DNA of 64,000 nucleotides from an uncultured Clostridia bacterium (GTDB lineage: Bacteria; Bacillota; Clostridia; Christensenellales; DTU072). The position numbers were made by a program, and so were the translations under genes. The notes under the pieces were generated by a model. It was not told the DNA's origin, did no database searches, and saw nothing but the letters and a program-made list of their open reading frames with translations. The stretch is from assembly GCA_944331875.1 (NCBI GenBank), contig CALVJA010000011.1, positions 417 through 64,416 of the forward strand, given 5' to 3'. Positions 48,467 to 58,758 of the stretch are shown in pieces. Positions within the stretch are counted from its first letter, which is position 1; each line of letters starts with the position of its first letter.

Positions 48467-49059
48467 TAAAAAAAGCGGAGTATCTGACCGGCGCGGCGTT
48501 CAGGGAGCAGCTCCCTAGCGGAGCGGCTCCCGAAATAGCCGTCGCCGGGCGCTCCAACGTCGGAAAATCGAGTTTCATAAATTTCGTGACGGGAAACTCC
48601 AAACTCGCCAAGACATCGAAAGAGCCGGGGCGCACGCGGCTTATTAACTATTTTTCGATAAACGGCGGCGAATTTTATCTGGTCGATCTCCCCGGCTACG
48701 GATTTGCGCGCGTTTCGGACGACGAAAAGAGGAAGTGGGCTCAGCTCATCGAGGCGTATTTCCGGGCGGAAGCCGTAAAAAGGCACGTTTTCCTGCTTAT
48801 CGACATACGCCGCGACCCTACTCCAGGCGACGTGACGATGATAAATTATATGTATCACTACGCCATACCTTTTACGGTGATACTCACAAAGGCGGATAAA
48901 CTTTCGCGCTCGCAGGCGATGACGAGAAGGCGCGCCACCGCTTCGGCGCTCAAAATAGGTTACGATAACATTATTATATCGAGCGCGCACGCGCGACAGG
49001 GCAAAAGCGATATCCTCACCAGGATAGACGAGGTACTCTCGATAGACGTTTCGGAATGA
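48460..49059 (+). CDS. engB: Ribosome biogenesis GTPase YsxC/EngB
   Basis: GRSNVGKSS, DLPGYG, TKADK. Confidence 0.95.
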   Translation: MVIKKAEYLTGAAFREQLPSGAAPEIAVAGRSNVGKSSFINFVTGNSKLAKTSKEPGRTRLINYFSINGGEFYLVDLPGYGFARVSDDEKRKWAQLIEAYFRAEAVKRHVFLLIDIRRDPTPGDVTMINYMYHYAIPFTVILTKADKLSRSQAMTRRRATASALKIGYDNIIISSAHARQGKSDILTRIDEVLSIDVSE

Positions 49060-49763
49060 AAGTATTTGCGATAAGCGATCCCCATCTTTCCTTTACCGCC
49101 GACAAGCCGATGTCGATATTCGGCGACGTCTGGGAAAACCACTGGGACAGGATAGAGGCGGACTGGCGCGCCAAAGTGACGGAGGAGGATATCGTGCTCC
49201 TCGCGGGCGACATTTCCTGGGGAATGACTTTGGAGGAAGCCCGAAAAGATCTGGACGCGATAGGGGCGCTCCCCGGCAAAAAAGTATATATCCGCGGCAA
49301 TCACGACTATTGGTGGAACGGCATATCGAAAATACGCGCGGCGCTCCCCGCGGGATCGTACTGCATCCAGAACGACGCGATGAGATTCGGCTCCGTCGTC
49401 ATATGCGGAACGCGCGGCTGGACGGTGCCGGAAATAGGGACCTCTCTTTCCGCAGACGACGAAAAGATATTGAAGCGCGAAGCGCTCCGTATGGAAATGA
49501 GCCTGAAATGTGCCGAAAAATTAAGGACCGACGGCGATATGTTGATAGCGATGTGTCATTTTCCGCCATTCGATTCCCGCTATTCACCATCCGTTTTCAC
49601 CGAACTTTTTAACCGCTATTCGGTCGATAAAGTGGTCTACGGACATCTGCACGGCTCCCGTTCGCGCGCCGAACTGTATGTAAACCGCGGGAACATAGAA
49701 TATTATCTTACGTCCTGCGACAAACTCGGAAATTCCCTTGCGCTTGTAGCGGATATAGGGTAA
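49056..49763 (+). CDS. Metallophosphoesterase
   Basis: SDPH, GDISW, GNHDYWW, GHLHG. Confidence 0.9.
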   Translation: MKVFAISDPHLSFTADKPMSIFGDVWENHWDRIEADWRAKVTEEDIVLLAGDISWGMTLEEARKDLDAIGALPGKKVYIRGNHDYWWNGISKIRAALPAGSYCIQNDAMRFGSVVICGTRGWTVPEIGTSLSADDEKILKREALRMEMSLKCAEKLRTDGDMLIAMCHFPPFDSRYSPSVFTELFNRYSVDKVVYGHLHGSRSRAELYVNRGNIEYYLTSCDKLGNSLALVADIG

Positions 49764-50116
49764 AGCGGAGCGGTGGGGAAGCCGCTTTCATGAAAGTATA
49801 TTTGATTTATTATCGGGAAGCAGGATCTTTCGGTTTTTGACTATCCTCCGATAAATAATTTATTCGTGTCTGTTTCTGAATATCGGTCTTCGTCAATAAA
49901 AACGGTATGCCGCCGGCGGACGTTCTCTGCGTTTTTTTATATGTCGTCCGTAGGACGGAGCGGCGCCGCGAGAGGGACTCCAAGCCCCGCCGATGACCGT
50001 GCGGCGGTCGTTATTTTGCGATATTCAGAACAGACGTTCGCATATCGTTTCCCGAAAGGGCTTTGCCAAGGCGCTGATTCCCTAAATTTAATGATTTTCA
50101 ATGGGAATTTATTTTG

Positions 50117-50151
50117 AAGTGGTTGAAAGTGGTTAAAAATGACGTTATAAT
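50117..50151 (+). promoter_or_regulatory. mraZ promoter with MraZ-binding GTGG repeats
   Basis: AAGTGGTT repeated with a 10-bp period (GTGG at 50119 and 50129); TATAAT at 50146-50151. Confidence 0.7.
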
Positions 50152-50177
50152 TAAATCAAGGAACAAAGGAGAGAAAG

Positions 50178-50612
50178 ATGGCTCATTGCTTTATCGGGAG
50201 ATACGATCTGACGCTGGATGACAAATGCAGGATGCGTTTGCCGGCGAAGCTGCGCTCCGCGATAGGGACGGGATACGTCATAATCTACGGCGAAGGGTGC
50301 CTCACCGTACTGCCGAAAGAAGATTTTTCCGTGCTCAACGAAAAATTTTCCGCGATTCCCTTCTCCGACGTCGCCGCGAGGCGCGTCGTCTCCCTGATAA
50401 TGTCGTCCGCAGTGGAACCCGAGGAGGACGCGCAGGGGAGATTCGTGCTTCCTCTCCACGCCAGAAACCACGCCGGTATCGCTAAAAACGTGGTCGTGGC
50501 GGGCGCGGGTCCCGTAATAGAGATTTGGTCGGAAGAAGCGTACACGCTTTCGCGCGCCGACTCCGGATCGTTCGAAGACAAACTCGGAAAGCTTTCGGCA
50601 TATGGAATATAA
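50178..50612 (+). CDS. mraZ: Division/cell wall cluster transcriptional repressor
   Basis: LDDKCRMRLP and DAQGRFVLP repeats, IEIW. Confidence 0.93.
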   Translation: MAHCFIGRYDLTLDDKCRMRLPAKLRSAIGTGYVIIYGEGCLTVLPKEDFSVLNEKFSAIPFSDVAARRVVSLIMSSAVEPEEDAQGRFVLPLHARNHAGIAKNVVVAGAGPVIEIWSEEAYTLSRADSGSFEDKLGKLSAYGI

Positions 50613-51534
50613 ACATATTCCCGTTATGCTTTCGGAATGTATCGAGGGTCTGAATATCGACCCCGACGGCATATATGTCGACTGCACGCTGGGGCGCGCG
50701 GGGCACTCCGAGGAGATAGCAAAAAGGCTCCGCAACGGAAAGCTCATCGCTTTCGACCTCGATCCCGAAGCTATTGCGTACGGCAGAAAATCGCTTGAAG
50801 TCTACCGCGACAAAGTGACTTTCTTCAGGACCGATTTCAAGGACTTAAAGAGAGTGCTGACGGAGTCGGGCTACGACAAGGTGAACGGCATACTTATGGA
50901 TCTGGGTATCTCGTCCCCGCAGATAGATGACCCGAAACGCGGTTTCAGCTATATGCACGACGCGCCGCTGGACATGCGGATGGATACGGAGCAGAAACTC
51001 GACGCTTGCGCGGTGGTGAACGAATACCCCCTTCGCGAACTGACCCGGATATTCCGCGAATACGGCGAAGAGAAGAACGCGTATCCGATAGCGAAGGACA
51101 TCGTTTCGGAGCGTGAAAAAAAGAGGATAGAAACGACGGGGGAGCTCGTTAAAATAATCGAAAGACATTATCCCGCGTCGCCCGCCCGTCGCTCGGGTCA
51201 TCCCGCGAAAAGGGTGTTTCAGGCGATCAGGATAGAGGTCAACGGCGAACTCGACGGGCTGTCGGAAGCGATAGAAGACGGCGCAAAAATGCTGGTAAAA
51301 GGCGGAAGAATTGCGATAATCACCTTCCACTCGCTGGAAGACAGGATCGTCAAAAACGCCTTCAGAGAGCTTGAAAAAGACTGCGTATGCCCCAAAAATT
51401 TTCCAGTGTGCGTATGCGGGAAGAGAAAGGAAATAGAGATCCTCACCAAAAAGCCGATAACGGCGTCGGAGGAAGAACTAAGATCTAATCCCCGCGCGGC
51501 GAGCGCAAAACTCAGGATCGCCGAACGGGTATAA
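50602..51534 (+). CDS. rsmH: 16S rRNA m4C1402 methyltransferase
   Basis: HIPVML, DLGISSPQID, LDMRM, FHSLEDR, NPRA.SAKLR. Confidence 0.97.
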   Translation: MEYKHIPVMLSECIEGLNIDPDGIYVDCTLGRAGHSEEIAKRLRNGKLIAFDLDPEAIAYGRKSLEVYRDKVTFFRTDFKDLKRVLTESGYDKVNGILMDLGISSPQIDDPKRGFSYMHDAPLDMRMDTEQKLDACAVVNEYPLRELTRIFREYGEEKNAYPIAKDIVSEREKKRIETTGELVKIIERHYPASPARRSGHPAKRVFQAIRIEVNGELDGLSEAIEDGAKMLVKGGRIAIITFHSLEDRIVKNAFRELEKDCVCPKNFPVCVCGKRKEIEILTKKPITASEEELRSNPRAASAKLRIAERV

Positions 51535-51556
51535 TATAAAACGCGAGGAGGGCAGT

Positions 51557-52093
51557 ATGGTAACGCTCAGAAGAGATATTTCCACACGGGACATAACGAA
51601 CGATTTTCCGCACGGCGAGATGACCGATTACGACAGATTCATGCTCGGAAAAAAGAATGCCGAGTCGCACCGTAATACCGTATATACGGGAAACGGGCAA
51701 CTGACAGCCGTTCATGAAGCACCCAAAGCCCTCGGTTCGTATTCCGACTATCATGAGTACATGGTGGAACAGCTTAACCGCACCGCCCCCGAGAAGATGG
51801 TCTCCGAAGCCGAATTTTATATGGACAGGCACAATTCGTCGCGTCCCGCTTCCGACGTCAAAAAACCGCGCGCGAAACGCAAAATGACGCGCGCCGGCAA
51901 AATTTTTACGGCGGTGTACGTTCTGATAGTCGCGGCGCTCGCATCTATTATTATTGCGGTGAACGTCGATAAAAAAGACGTCAACGCGGAAGCGGGCGCG
52001 ACCGGCGGGGAGATCGCGGCGCTTTCGATAGAGCGCGAAACCAACGAGGGCAACGCTTTCGACGAATTTCTGGACGCGCTCTCGAACAAATAA
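51557..52093 (+). CDS. Single-pass membrane protein at the ftsL position (divergent)
   Basis: One TM helix preceded by a basic patch; lies between rsmH and the PBP gene. Confidence 0.6.
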   Translation: MVTLRRDISTRDITNDFPHGEMTDYDRFMLGKKNAESHRNTVYTGNGQLTAVHEAPKALGSYSDYHEYMVEQLNRTAPEKMVSEAEFYMDRHNSSRPASDVKKPRAKRKMTRAGKIFTAVYVLIVAALASIIIAVNVDKKDVNAEAGATGGEIAALSIERETNEGNAFDEFLDALSNK

Positions 52094-52115
52094 AAAAATC
52101 CCCCGCGGAGGGGAC

Positions 52116-53801
52116 TTGAAAAAAATTACTGCATTCAGACAAAGGAAGAGGTTATCGGCGATATTGGTGCTGATAACCTTTTTGTTTGCGGCGGTCGCCG
52201 CGAAACTGATATATGTGGGCGTCGTGAACGCTTCAGAGCTCAGAGTAAAGGCGCTGGAGCAGTGGTACCGCGACGTTCCGCTGAAAGCGGAACGCGGCAG
52301 GATACTCGACAGAAACGGCGTTTTGCTCGCCGGCACGGAAACGCTTTACACGCTGTACGCGCGCCCCGTGTCGATAAAAAACAAGCAGGCGGCGGCGAGC
52401 ATCCTGGCGGAGATACTCGAGCTGGATTACGAAAAACTGTACGCTAAACTCGGCTCCAGATCCTCGGAGATAACCTTGAAGCGCGGCGTCGACAAAGACA
52501 CGATGCTCCGCATAGTGGAATCCGGTACGGACGGGATATACGTTTCCGAAGACATAAAAAGGGTATATCCGTACGGCGATCTGATGACGCAGGTACTCGG
52601 ATTCACCAATTCCGATACCGACGGACAAACGGGCATAGAGGCGTACTACAATTCATACCTGAAGGGTAACGACGGATATGTGCTAACCTCGGCGGATCTC
52701 GTGGGCAGGGAGCTTGAGGGGGCGGAAACTTATTATGTCGAAGGAACGCGCGGAGCGGACGTATATTTAACGCTCGACTATCATATACAAAGTATTGTCG
52801 AAAACGCAGTTGCCAGGGCGATGACGACGCATTCGGCAAAATCGGTCAGCGCGATAGTTTTGAACTGCAACACCGGCGAGGTGCTCGCGATGGCGAAAAG
52901 TCCGTCGTTCGACTTAAACGACGTACCGAGAGACGACGTCCAAGCGCTCCTCGAAACGGCGAGACCGAGTTTTATATCCGATGTCTTCGAACCGGGATCG
53001 ACGTTCAAGATAATCACGACGGCGCTTGCGATAGAAGCGGGGCTCGTGAACGATGAAAAAAGATATTTCTGTTCCGGTTCCATGACGGTTGACGGACAGC
53101 GGATACGCTGTTGGCGCGCCATCGGGCACGGATCCCAGACGTTTCAGGAGGGCGTAAAAAACTCCTGCAACTGCGTGTTCATGACGGCGGCGCTGGAGCT
53201 CGGAGCCGAGAGGTTCTACGAGGGGATATCCGCGTTCGGGCTTACCGCGAAAACGGGCATCGATATGTCGGGGGAAGGCGCGGGGCTGACGATACCGCCG
53301 GATTCCGTAAAGCCGGTTGATCTCGCGCGCATCGGATTCGGGCAGGCGGTTGCGGTCACACCGATAGGGCTTCTTACCGCCGCGGCGGCTGCGGTAAACG
53401 GAGGATATAAAATTACTCCTGCACTCGTAGGAAAAATAGAGAACGAAAGCGGCATACTATTCAATGCGGCGGAAGGAAAGGGAGAAAGAGTGATATCCCG
53501 TTCCGCCTCGGAAAGGCTTAGGGGGATGCTGGAAACGGTGGTCACCGAAGGATCCGGCAAGAACGCCGCCGTCGAGGGAATACGCGTGGGCGGCAAGACG
53601 GGAACCGCTCAAAAATACGAAAACGGGAGCATAGCGCGCGGCAAATACATATCGACGTTTATCGGCTTCGCGCCGGCGGAAGATCCCGAATACATAACTT
53701 TATTCATGGTGGACGAACCCGTTGGCGCGTATTACGGCGGAGTTGTGGCGGCGCCGTATGTGGGGGAGATCTATACGAATATGTTCGCATATCTCGAGTG
53801 A
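52116..53801 (+). CDS. Class B penicillin-binding protein (FtsI/SpoVD)
   Basis: RGRILDRNG, EPGSTFK, SCN, KTGTAQ. Confidence 0.93.
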   Translation: MKKITAFRQRKRLSAILVLITFLFAAVAAKLIYVGVVNASELRVKALEQWYRDVPLKAERGRILDRNGVLLAGTETLYTLYARPVSIKNKQAAASILAEILELDYEKLYAKLGSRSSEITLKRGVDKDTMLRIVESGTDGIYVSEDIKRVYPYGDLMTQVLGFTNSDTDGQTGIEAYYNSYLKGNDGYVLTSADLVGRELEGAETYYVEGTRGADVYLTLDYHIQSIVENAVARAMTTHSAKSVSAIVLNCNTGEVLAMAKSPSFDLNDVPRDDVQALLETARPSFISDVFEPGSTFKIITTALAIEAGLVNDEKRYFCSGSMTVDGQRIRCWRAIGHGSQTFQEGVKNSCNCVFMTAALELGAERFYEGISAFGLTAKTGIDMSGEGAGLTIPPDSVKPVDLARIGFGQAVAVTPIGLLTAAAAAVNGGYKITPALVGKIENESGILFNAAEGKGERVISRSASERLRGMLETVVTEGSGKNAAVEGIRVGGKTGTAQKYENGSIARGKYISTFIGFAPAEDPEYITLFMVDEPVGAYYGGVVAAPYVGEIYTNMFAYLE

Positions 53802-53815
53802 ACGAAGGAGGCGTT

Positions 53816-55267
53816 ATGCGATTGAAAGAGCTGACCGAGGGTGTGCCTTACGAGGCGGCGGGCGCGGTGAACGAGGACGAGGACATAGCTTTTCTGACCG
53901 ACAGATCCTACGAATGCGGTCCGGGGGCGCTGTTTTTCGCGATACGCGGCTCGTCCGCGGACGGCGGCGCGTATATAAACGACGCGGCGCGCCTCGGCGC
54001 CAAAGCGTATGTGGCGGAAAGAGCCTTGAACTCGGACATCCCCGGCGTCATCGTCGCAGACGTCAGAACGGCGATGGCGAAAATGGCGGCGAATTTTTAT
54101 TACAACGCGCATAAAAATCTCGATATCATCGCAGTGACCGGGACGAACGGCAAGACCACCACTTGCAATATGATAGCGCATATCCTCTCCGAAAACGGCT
54201 CCAATACGGCGGTCTTCGGAACGCTCGGCGCGTTTATAAACGGGAGAAGGATAGATTCGCGTCTGACCACTCCCGATCCCATAGAACTCCACAGGCTTTT
54301 CCAGATAGCCTATCTTTCCGGAGTGAAATACGTCGTTATGGAAGTCTCGGCGCACGCGATTTATCTAAAAAAGATGGCGGGCGTAAAGGCGAAGATCGCG
54401 GTGTTCACGAATCTCAGCCGCGACCATCTGGACTTTTTCGGCGACATGGAAAGCTATGCCGCCGCGAAAACGAGCTATTTCACGCCGGGATATGCCGAAT
54501 ACGCTGTCGTCAATTCCGACGACGAGACGGGACGGCGCATAATGAACTCTTCGCGGATCCCCACCGCCGCTTACGGCATCGAAAATCCCGCGGACACGTT
54601 CTGCATCGACTACGACTGCACCAGGAAAATACGTTGCGTGGTCAACAGTTTCGACGATATTTTCGAATTGAAAACGCAGTTTTGCGGTAAATTCAATCTG
54701 TACAACGCGCTTGCGGCGGTGACTGCGGCAAGAGTCGTCGGAGTCAAAACGGAAGTCATCCGCCGCGCCCTGTTCGATATGGGCGAGGTGGACGGCAGGT
54801 TCAACGTGCTGGAGGGCGGAAAGCGCGTCGTCATAGACTATGCGCACACCCCGGACGGGCTCAAAAACCTGCTCGCGGCGGCGCGCTCGTTCAAAGGTGA
54901 CCTCGGGCGCGTCATCGTCGTGTTCGGCTGCGGCGGCGACCGCGACAGGGGAAAGCGCGCTCAAATGGGCGCGGTTGCCGCGGAATACGCCGATTTTTCG
55001 GTGCTCACAAGCGACAATCCGAGGACGGAAGACCCCGCCCTCATAATATCAGACATAGAAAAGGGTTTTCCGCGGGAAGCCGCAAGATACATCGCAATAC
55101 CCGACAGAGGGAGCGCGATAACGTACGCGCTTTTGATCTCGAAACGCGACGACGTCGTCGTGATAGCGGGTAAGGGCGCGGAAAATTATCTCGACGTCGG
55201 CGGCGAGAAAAAACCGTATTCCGACCGCGCCGAAGTGCTGGAAACTTTCAGGAGATACAATCTGTGA
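53816..55267 (+). CDS. murE: UDP-MurNAc-dipeptide--meso-DAP ligase
   Basis: VTGTNGKTT, DYAHTPDG, FGCGGDRD, DNPR (DAP-specific). Confidence 0.96.
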   Translation: MRLKELTEGVPYEAAGAVNEDEDIAFLTDRSYECGPGALFFAIRGSSADGGAYINDAARLGAKAYVAERALNSDIPGVIVADVRTAMAKMAANFYYNAHKNLDIIAVTGTNGKTTTCNMIAHILSENGSNTAVFGTLGAFINGRRIDSRLTTPDPIELHRLFQIAYLSGVKYVVMEVSAHAIYLKKMAGVKAKIAVFTNLSRDHLDFFGDMESYAAAKTSYFTPGYAEYAVVNSDDETGRRIMNSSRIPTAAYGIENPADTFCIDYDCTRKIRCVVNSFDDIFELKTQFCGKFNLYNALAAVTAARVVGVKTEVIRRALFDMGEVDGRFNVLEGGKRVVIDYAHTPDGLKNLLAAARSFKGDLGRVIVVFGCGGDRDRGKRAQMGAVAAEYADFSVLTSDNPRTEDPALIISDIEKGFPREAARYIAIPDRGSAITYALLISKRDDVVVIAGKGAENYLDVGGEKKPYSDRAEVLETFRRYNL

Positions 55268-56265
55268 ACGAATTTTTATGGGTGTTTGTCGCTGCCGTTG
55301 CGGCGTTTTTTCTCGGAATGCTCCTAGCGCCCTTCGTCATAAAAGCTGCGGCGCGGCTGAAAGCGGGTCAGAGCGTTCTAGTGTATGTTCATCAGCACGA
55401 AACGAAAGAGGGCACTCCGACGTTCGGCGGGCTGATATTCATTATCGCCGCGACCGCGGTGGCGGCGGCGTTCAATGTGTTCGCCCACGAACTCGGCAGG
55501 ATGCTGATGCTGGTGTTTTTGGGCTACGGACTCATCGGTTTCACCGACGATTTCATAAAAATAAAGCTGAAACGGAACAAAGGGCTCACTGCATGGCAGA
55601 AAATCATATTCCAGCTCGCGGCGGGCTTTATCGCGGCGTGGTTTTCGTATAAAAGCGAATTTATCGGAAGCGCGGTATCTTTGAATTTCGGGCTCGGCGA
55701 AGTCGATATGGGCGTGTGGTATCTGCCGTTCGCGACGATAGTGTTCGTGGCGATGTCCAACGCCGTCAACCTGACCGACGGACTGGACGGTCTCGCGGGC
55801 GGCACGGGAACGGTGTACGCGTCGTTTTTCGCGGTCATCGTAGCCTCGATGTACCTCGCGGCAAAGGACCTCGGGTACACCGCGTATGCGGAGGAGCTCG
55901 GCTCCCTTTTATACGCCGCGGCGGCGCTTATCGGCGCATTGCTCGCGTTTTTGATGTTCAACGCTCCGAAAGCCGCCGTTTTCATGGGCGACACCGGCTC
56001 CTTGGCGCTCGGCGCCTTCTTCGCGGCGATAGCGCTGTTTACGAAAAATCCGTTTATCGGCGCTCTCATCGGAATAACTTACGTTGTCTCCTGCATATCG
56101 GTAATTATACAGGTCGCGTCGTTCAAGCTCAGGAAAAAGCGCGTCTTTCTGATGTCGCCGTTCCACCATCATTTGGAGCTTAAAGGCGTGAGCGAATCCA
56201 AAATTTCCGCCGCCTACGCCATAGTCACGGCGATAGCGGGATTGACGGCGCTGGCGGTGATATAA
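55264..56265 (+). CDS. mraY: Phospho-MurNAc-pentapeptide transferase
   Basis: GTPTFGG, NAVNLTDGLDGLA, FMGDTGSL, PFHHH. Confidence 0.97.
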   Translation: MNEFLWVFVAAVAAFFLGMLLAPFVIKAAARLKAGQSVLVYVHQHETKEGTPTFGGLIFIIAATAVAAAFNVFAHELGRMLMLVFLGYGLIGFTDDFIKIKLKRNKGLTAWQKIIFQLAAGFIAAWFSYKSEFIGSAVSLNFGLGEVDMGVWYLPFATIVFVAMSNAVNLTDGLDGLAGGTGTVYASFFAVIVASMYLAAKDLGYTAYAEELGSLLYAAAALIGALLAFLMFNAPKAAVFMGDTGSLALGAFFAAIALFTKNPFIGALIGITYVVSCISVIIQVASFKLRKKRVFLMSPFHHHLELKGVSESKISAAYAIVTAIAGLTALAVI

Positions 56266-56275
56266 GCGAGGTTTT

Positions 56276-57559
56276 ATGAAAAATGCATTGGTAATGGGTA
56301 TGCGTTTAAGCGGCGCCGCGGCGGCGGGACTTCTGGAAAAAGAGGGCTTTGCCGTCAGGCGCTACGACGACCGGCTGGATATTCAGGACAATTGGAAAGA
56401 AAGGGGCGAGGAAATATACGCGGGACTGGATCTTGCGGTCGTCAGCCCTTCGATAGAAAACACCCACCCCGTGCTCGAAGGGCTCAAGGCGCGCGGCATA
56501 CCCGTCGTCAGCGAACTGGAGCTCGGGCAGAGGTTTCTGACGGGCACGAAGATAATTGTCACCGGCACGAACGGCAAGACAACTACAGTGGATATGCTGG
56601 ACAAAGCGCTGAAAACGGCGGGACTCAACGCGCGCACGATGGGAAACGTCGGGTATCCCGTAAGCCAGGTTGTATTGGACGGCTTAAAGTACGATTACAA
56701 CATAATCGAAGCCTCGAGTTTTCAGCTCGAATACACATATACGCTTCGTCCGCGTTTCGCCGCTTTTTTGAACATCGCTCCCGACCACATGGACCGTTAC
56801 GACGATTTCAACGCGTATTTTGCGGCGAAATGCCGTCCGTTCGCGGCGATGACGGCGGAGGACTATGCGGTACTAAACTACGATTCCCCCAAAATACGCG
56901 ACTTCGGCTCGCGCCTCGGCGCCAAAGTGCTTTGGGTGAGCACCAGAAGCGAAACCGGAATTTTTTACATAAAAAACAACTATTTTTATATGAACGGTCA
57001 GCCCCTTATTTCCGTCAAGGAAAGCAAGGTGCGCGGCGAGCACAACCGTTTCAACATGATGACCGCGATGAATATAGCGGCACTCATCGGCGCGGACAAA
57101 GAGCAGCTGAAGCATTTCGTGCGCTCGTACCGCGCGCTGCCGCACAGGATCGAATATATCTGCGCTTTCGGCGGAAAGCGTTACTACAACGACTCGAAGG
57201 GCACGAACATTGCGGCGACCCTGGGCGCCGTGGAATCGGTGGGCGGCAGGATAGGGCTCATCATGGGCGGTTCCGACAAAAAAGAGGATTACTGCGACTT
57301 TTTTCTGGAAATACCCGGAAAAGTCGAGTACGTCGTCGCAACGGGCGCGAACGCCGAAAAGATACTCGGTTCCGCGCTGAAAACGGGATTCAACGATATC
57401 GAAACGGCGCCTACGCTCGAGGAAGCGGCGGATATCCTGAAAAACCGTCCGGGCATAGATACCGTATTGTTTTCTCCCGCTTCCGCCAGTTTCGACAGAT
57501 ATTCGAACTACGCCGAGCGCGGCGAACGCTTCAAAAACATCGTGTATGCTCTCAGGTGA
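56276..57559 (+). CDS. murD: UDP-MurNAc-L-Ala--D-Glu ligase
   Basis: TGTNGKTT, EASSFQL, PDHMDRY, NDSKGTN, SPASASFD. Confidence 0.96.
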   Translation: MKNALVMGMRLSGAAAAGLLEKEGFAVRRYDDRLDIQDNWKERGEEIYAGLDLAVVSPSIENTHPVLEGLKARGIPVVSELELGQRFLTGTKIIVTGTNGKTTTVDMLDKALKTAGLNARTMGNVGYPVSQVVLDGLKYDYNIIEASSFQLEYTYTLRPRFAAFLNIAPDHMDRYDDFNAYFAAKCRPFAAMTAEDYAVLNYDSPKIRDFGSRLGAKVLWVSTRSETGIFYIKNNYFYMNGQPLISVKESKVRGEHNRFNMMTAMNIAALIGADKEQLKHFVRSYRALPHRIEYICAFGGKRYYNDSKGTNIAATLGAVESVGGRIGLIMGGSDKKEDYCDFFLEIPGKVEYVVATGANAEKILGSALKTGFNDIETAPTLEEAADILKNRPGIDTVLFSPASASFDRYSNYAERGERFKNIVYALR

Positions 57560-58757
57560 TCTTTTCCGCAAAAAGCCGAAAACCATCCCCGCCGTTTCCG
57601 CAGAAGCCGGGGTGAAAGTTACGCCGTCGGAGCAGAGGAACTCCTTGAAGCTCAGGCTCATGATACTTATCCCCGCGCTTTTGTTGTCCGCGTTCGGGAT
57701 AGTGATGATATATTCGGCAAGTTCTTATTCGGCGGAGCTCGATTACGGCGATCCGCTGTTCTACGTCAAAAAACAGCTTTTGGGCTTCGTGCCGGGGCTC
57801 GTCGCGATGTACGGCGCGTACAAATTGAAGCCGGAGTTTTTGAAAAAAGCGGCGCCGTATCTGTATTTCGCGTCGCTTGTTCTGCTCGCGGCGGTTTTTA
57901 TTCCCGGGCTCGGTCAGACCAGTTACGGCGCTACGCGCTGGATAGATCTCGGATTCATAACGCTGCAGCCCTCGGAGATAGCCAAATTCGCGTTGATGCT
58001 GCTTCTGGCACGCCTGTTAGCGGATAAACCGCCCGTAAAGTTCAAAAACCTCGTTATTCCCGTCCTCGCGGTGGCGGCGGTATTGGTGCTCATCATGCTG
58101 GAACCGAATATGTCCGTAACGCTATGCGTGGCGGCGGCGGCGTTTTTGGTGATGTTCGCGGCGGGGCTCGATAAAAAATACCTGATAGCGGCTCTCGCTG
58201 CCGCGCTCGCGCTGATACCCGTTCTGATAATGGCGGAACCGTACCGCGTAAGGCGAATGCTCGCCTTTTTGGATCCATGGGCGAACCCCAGGGCGGAAGG
58301 ATACCAGCTCATCCAATCGTATTACGCCCTCGGCGCGGGCGGGATATTCGGAGTGGGACTGTTCAACAGCAGACAAAAATATCTGTTCCTGCCGTTTGCG
58401 GAATCCGATTTTATCTTCTCGGTCATCGGAGAGGAACTCGGGGTGGTCGGCTGTCTTGTCGTACTGTCCGTATACGCGGTGATGATATATGCCGGGATAA
58501 AGACCGCCGTCATGAACCGCGACCCGTTCAGAAGGCTTCTCGCGTTCGGCATCACCGCGGTCATAGCGGTGCAGACGCTTTTGAACGTCGCGGTGGTCAC
58601 CGGCTCGGTGCCTCCGACCGGAGTGCCGCTGCCGTTCATATCCGCGGGCGGAACGTCGCTCATCGTTTTCATGTCCGCGGCGGCGGTGCTGATGCGCCTT
58701 ACCGTGCCCGAGGCGCGGATTATTTTCCCAAACGAAGGGAAAGCGCATACATTGTAG
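57546..58757 (+). CDS. ftsW: SEDS protein FtsW/SpoVE
   Basis: GATRWI, QPSEIAK, GYQL.QS, SDFIF, GVPLPFISAGG. Confidence 0.93.
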   Translation: MLSGDLFRKKPKTIPAVSAEAGVKVTPSEQRNSLKLRLMILIPALLLSAFGIVMIYSASSYSAELDYGDPLFYVKKQLLGFVPGLVAMYGAYKLKPEFLKKAAPYLYFASLVLLAAVFIPGLGQTSYGATRWIDLGFITLQPSEIAKFALMLLLARLLADKPPVKFKNLVIPVLAVAAVLVLIMLEPNMSVTLCVAAAAFLVMFAAGLDKKYLIAALAAALALIPVLIMAEPYRVRRMLAFLDPWANPRAEGYQLIQSYYALGAGGIFGVGLFNSRQKYLFLPFAESDFIFSVIGEELGVVGCLVVLSVYAVMIYAGIKTAVMNRDPFRRLLAFGITAVIAVQTLLNVAVVTGSVPPTGVPLPFISAGGTSLIVFMSAAAVLMRLTVPEARIIFPNEGKAHTL

Positions 58758-58758
58758 T

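Noticed and set aside
49764-50100. Possible ncRNA in the interval before mraZ
   Set aside because: Only several short hairpins; no recognisable RNA family motif.
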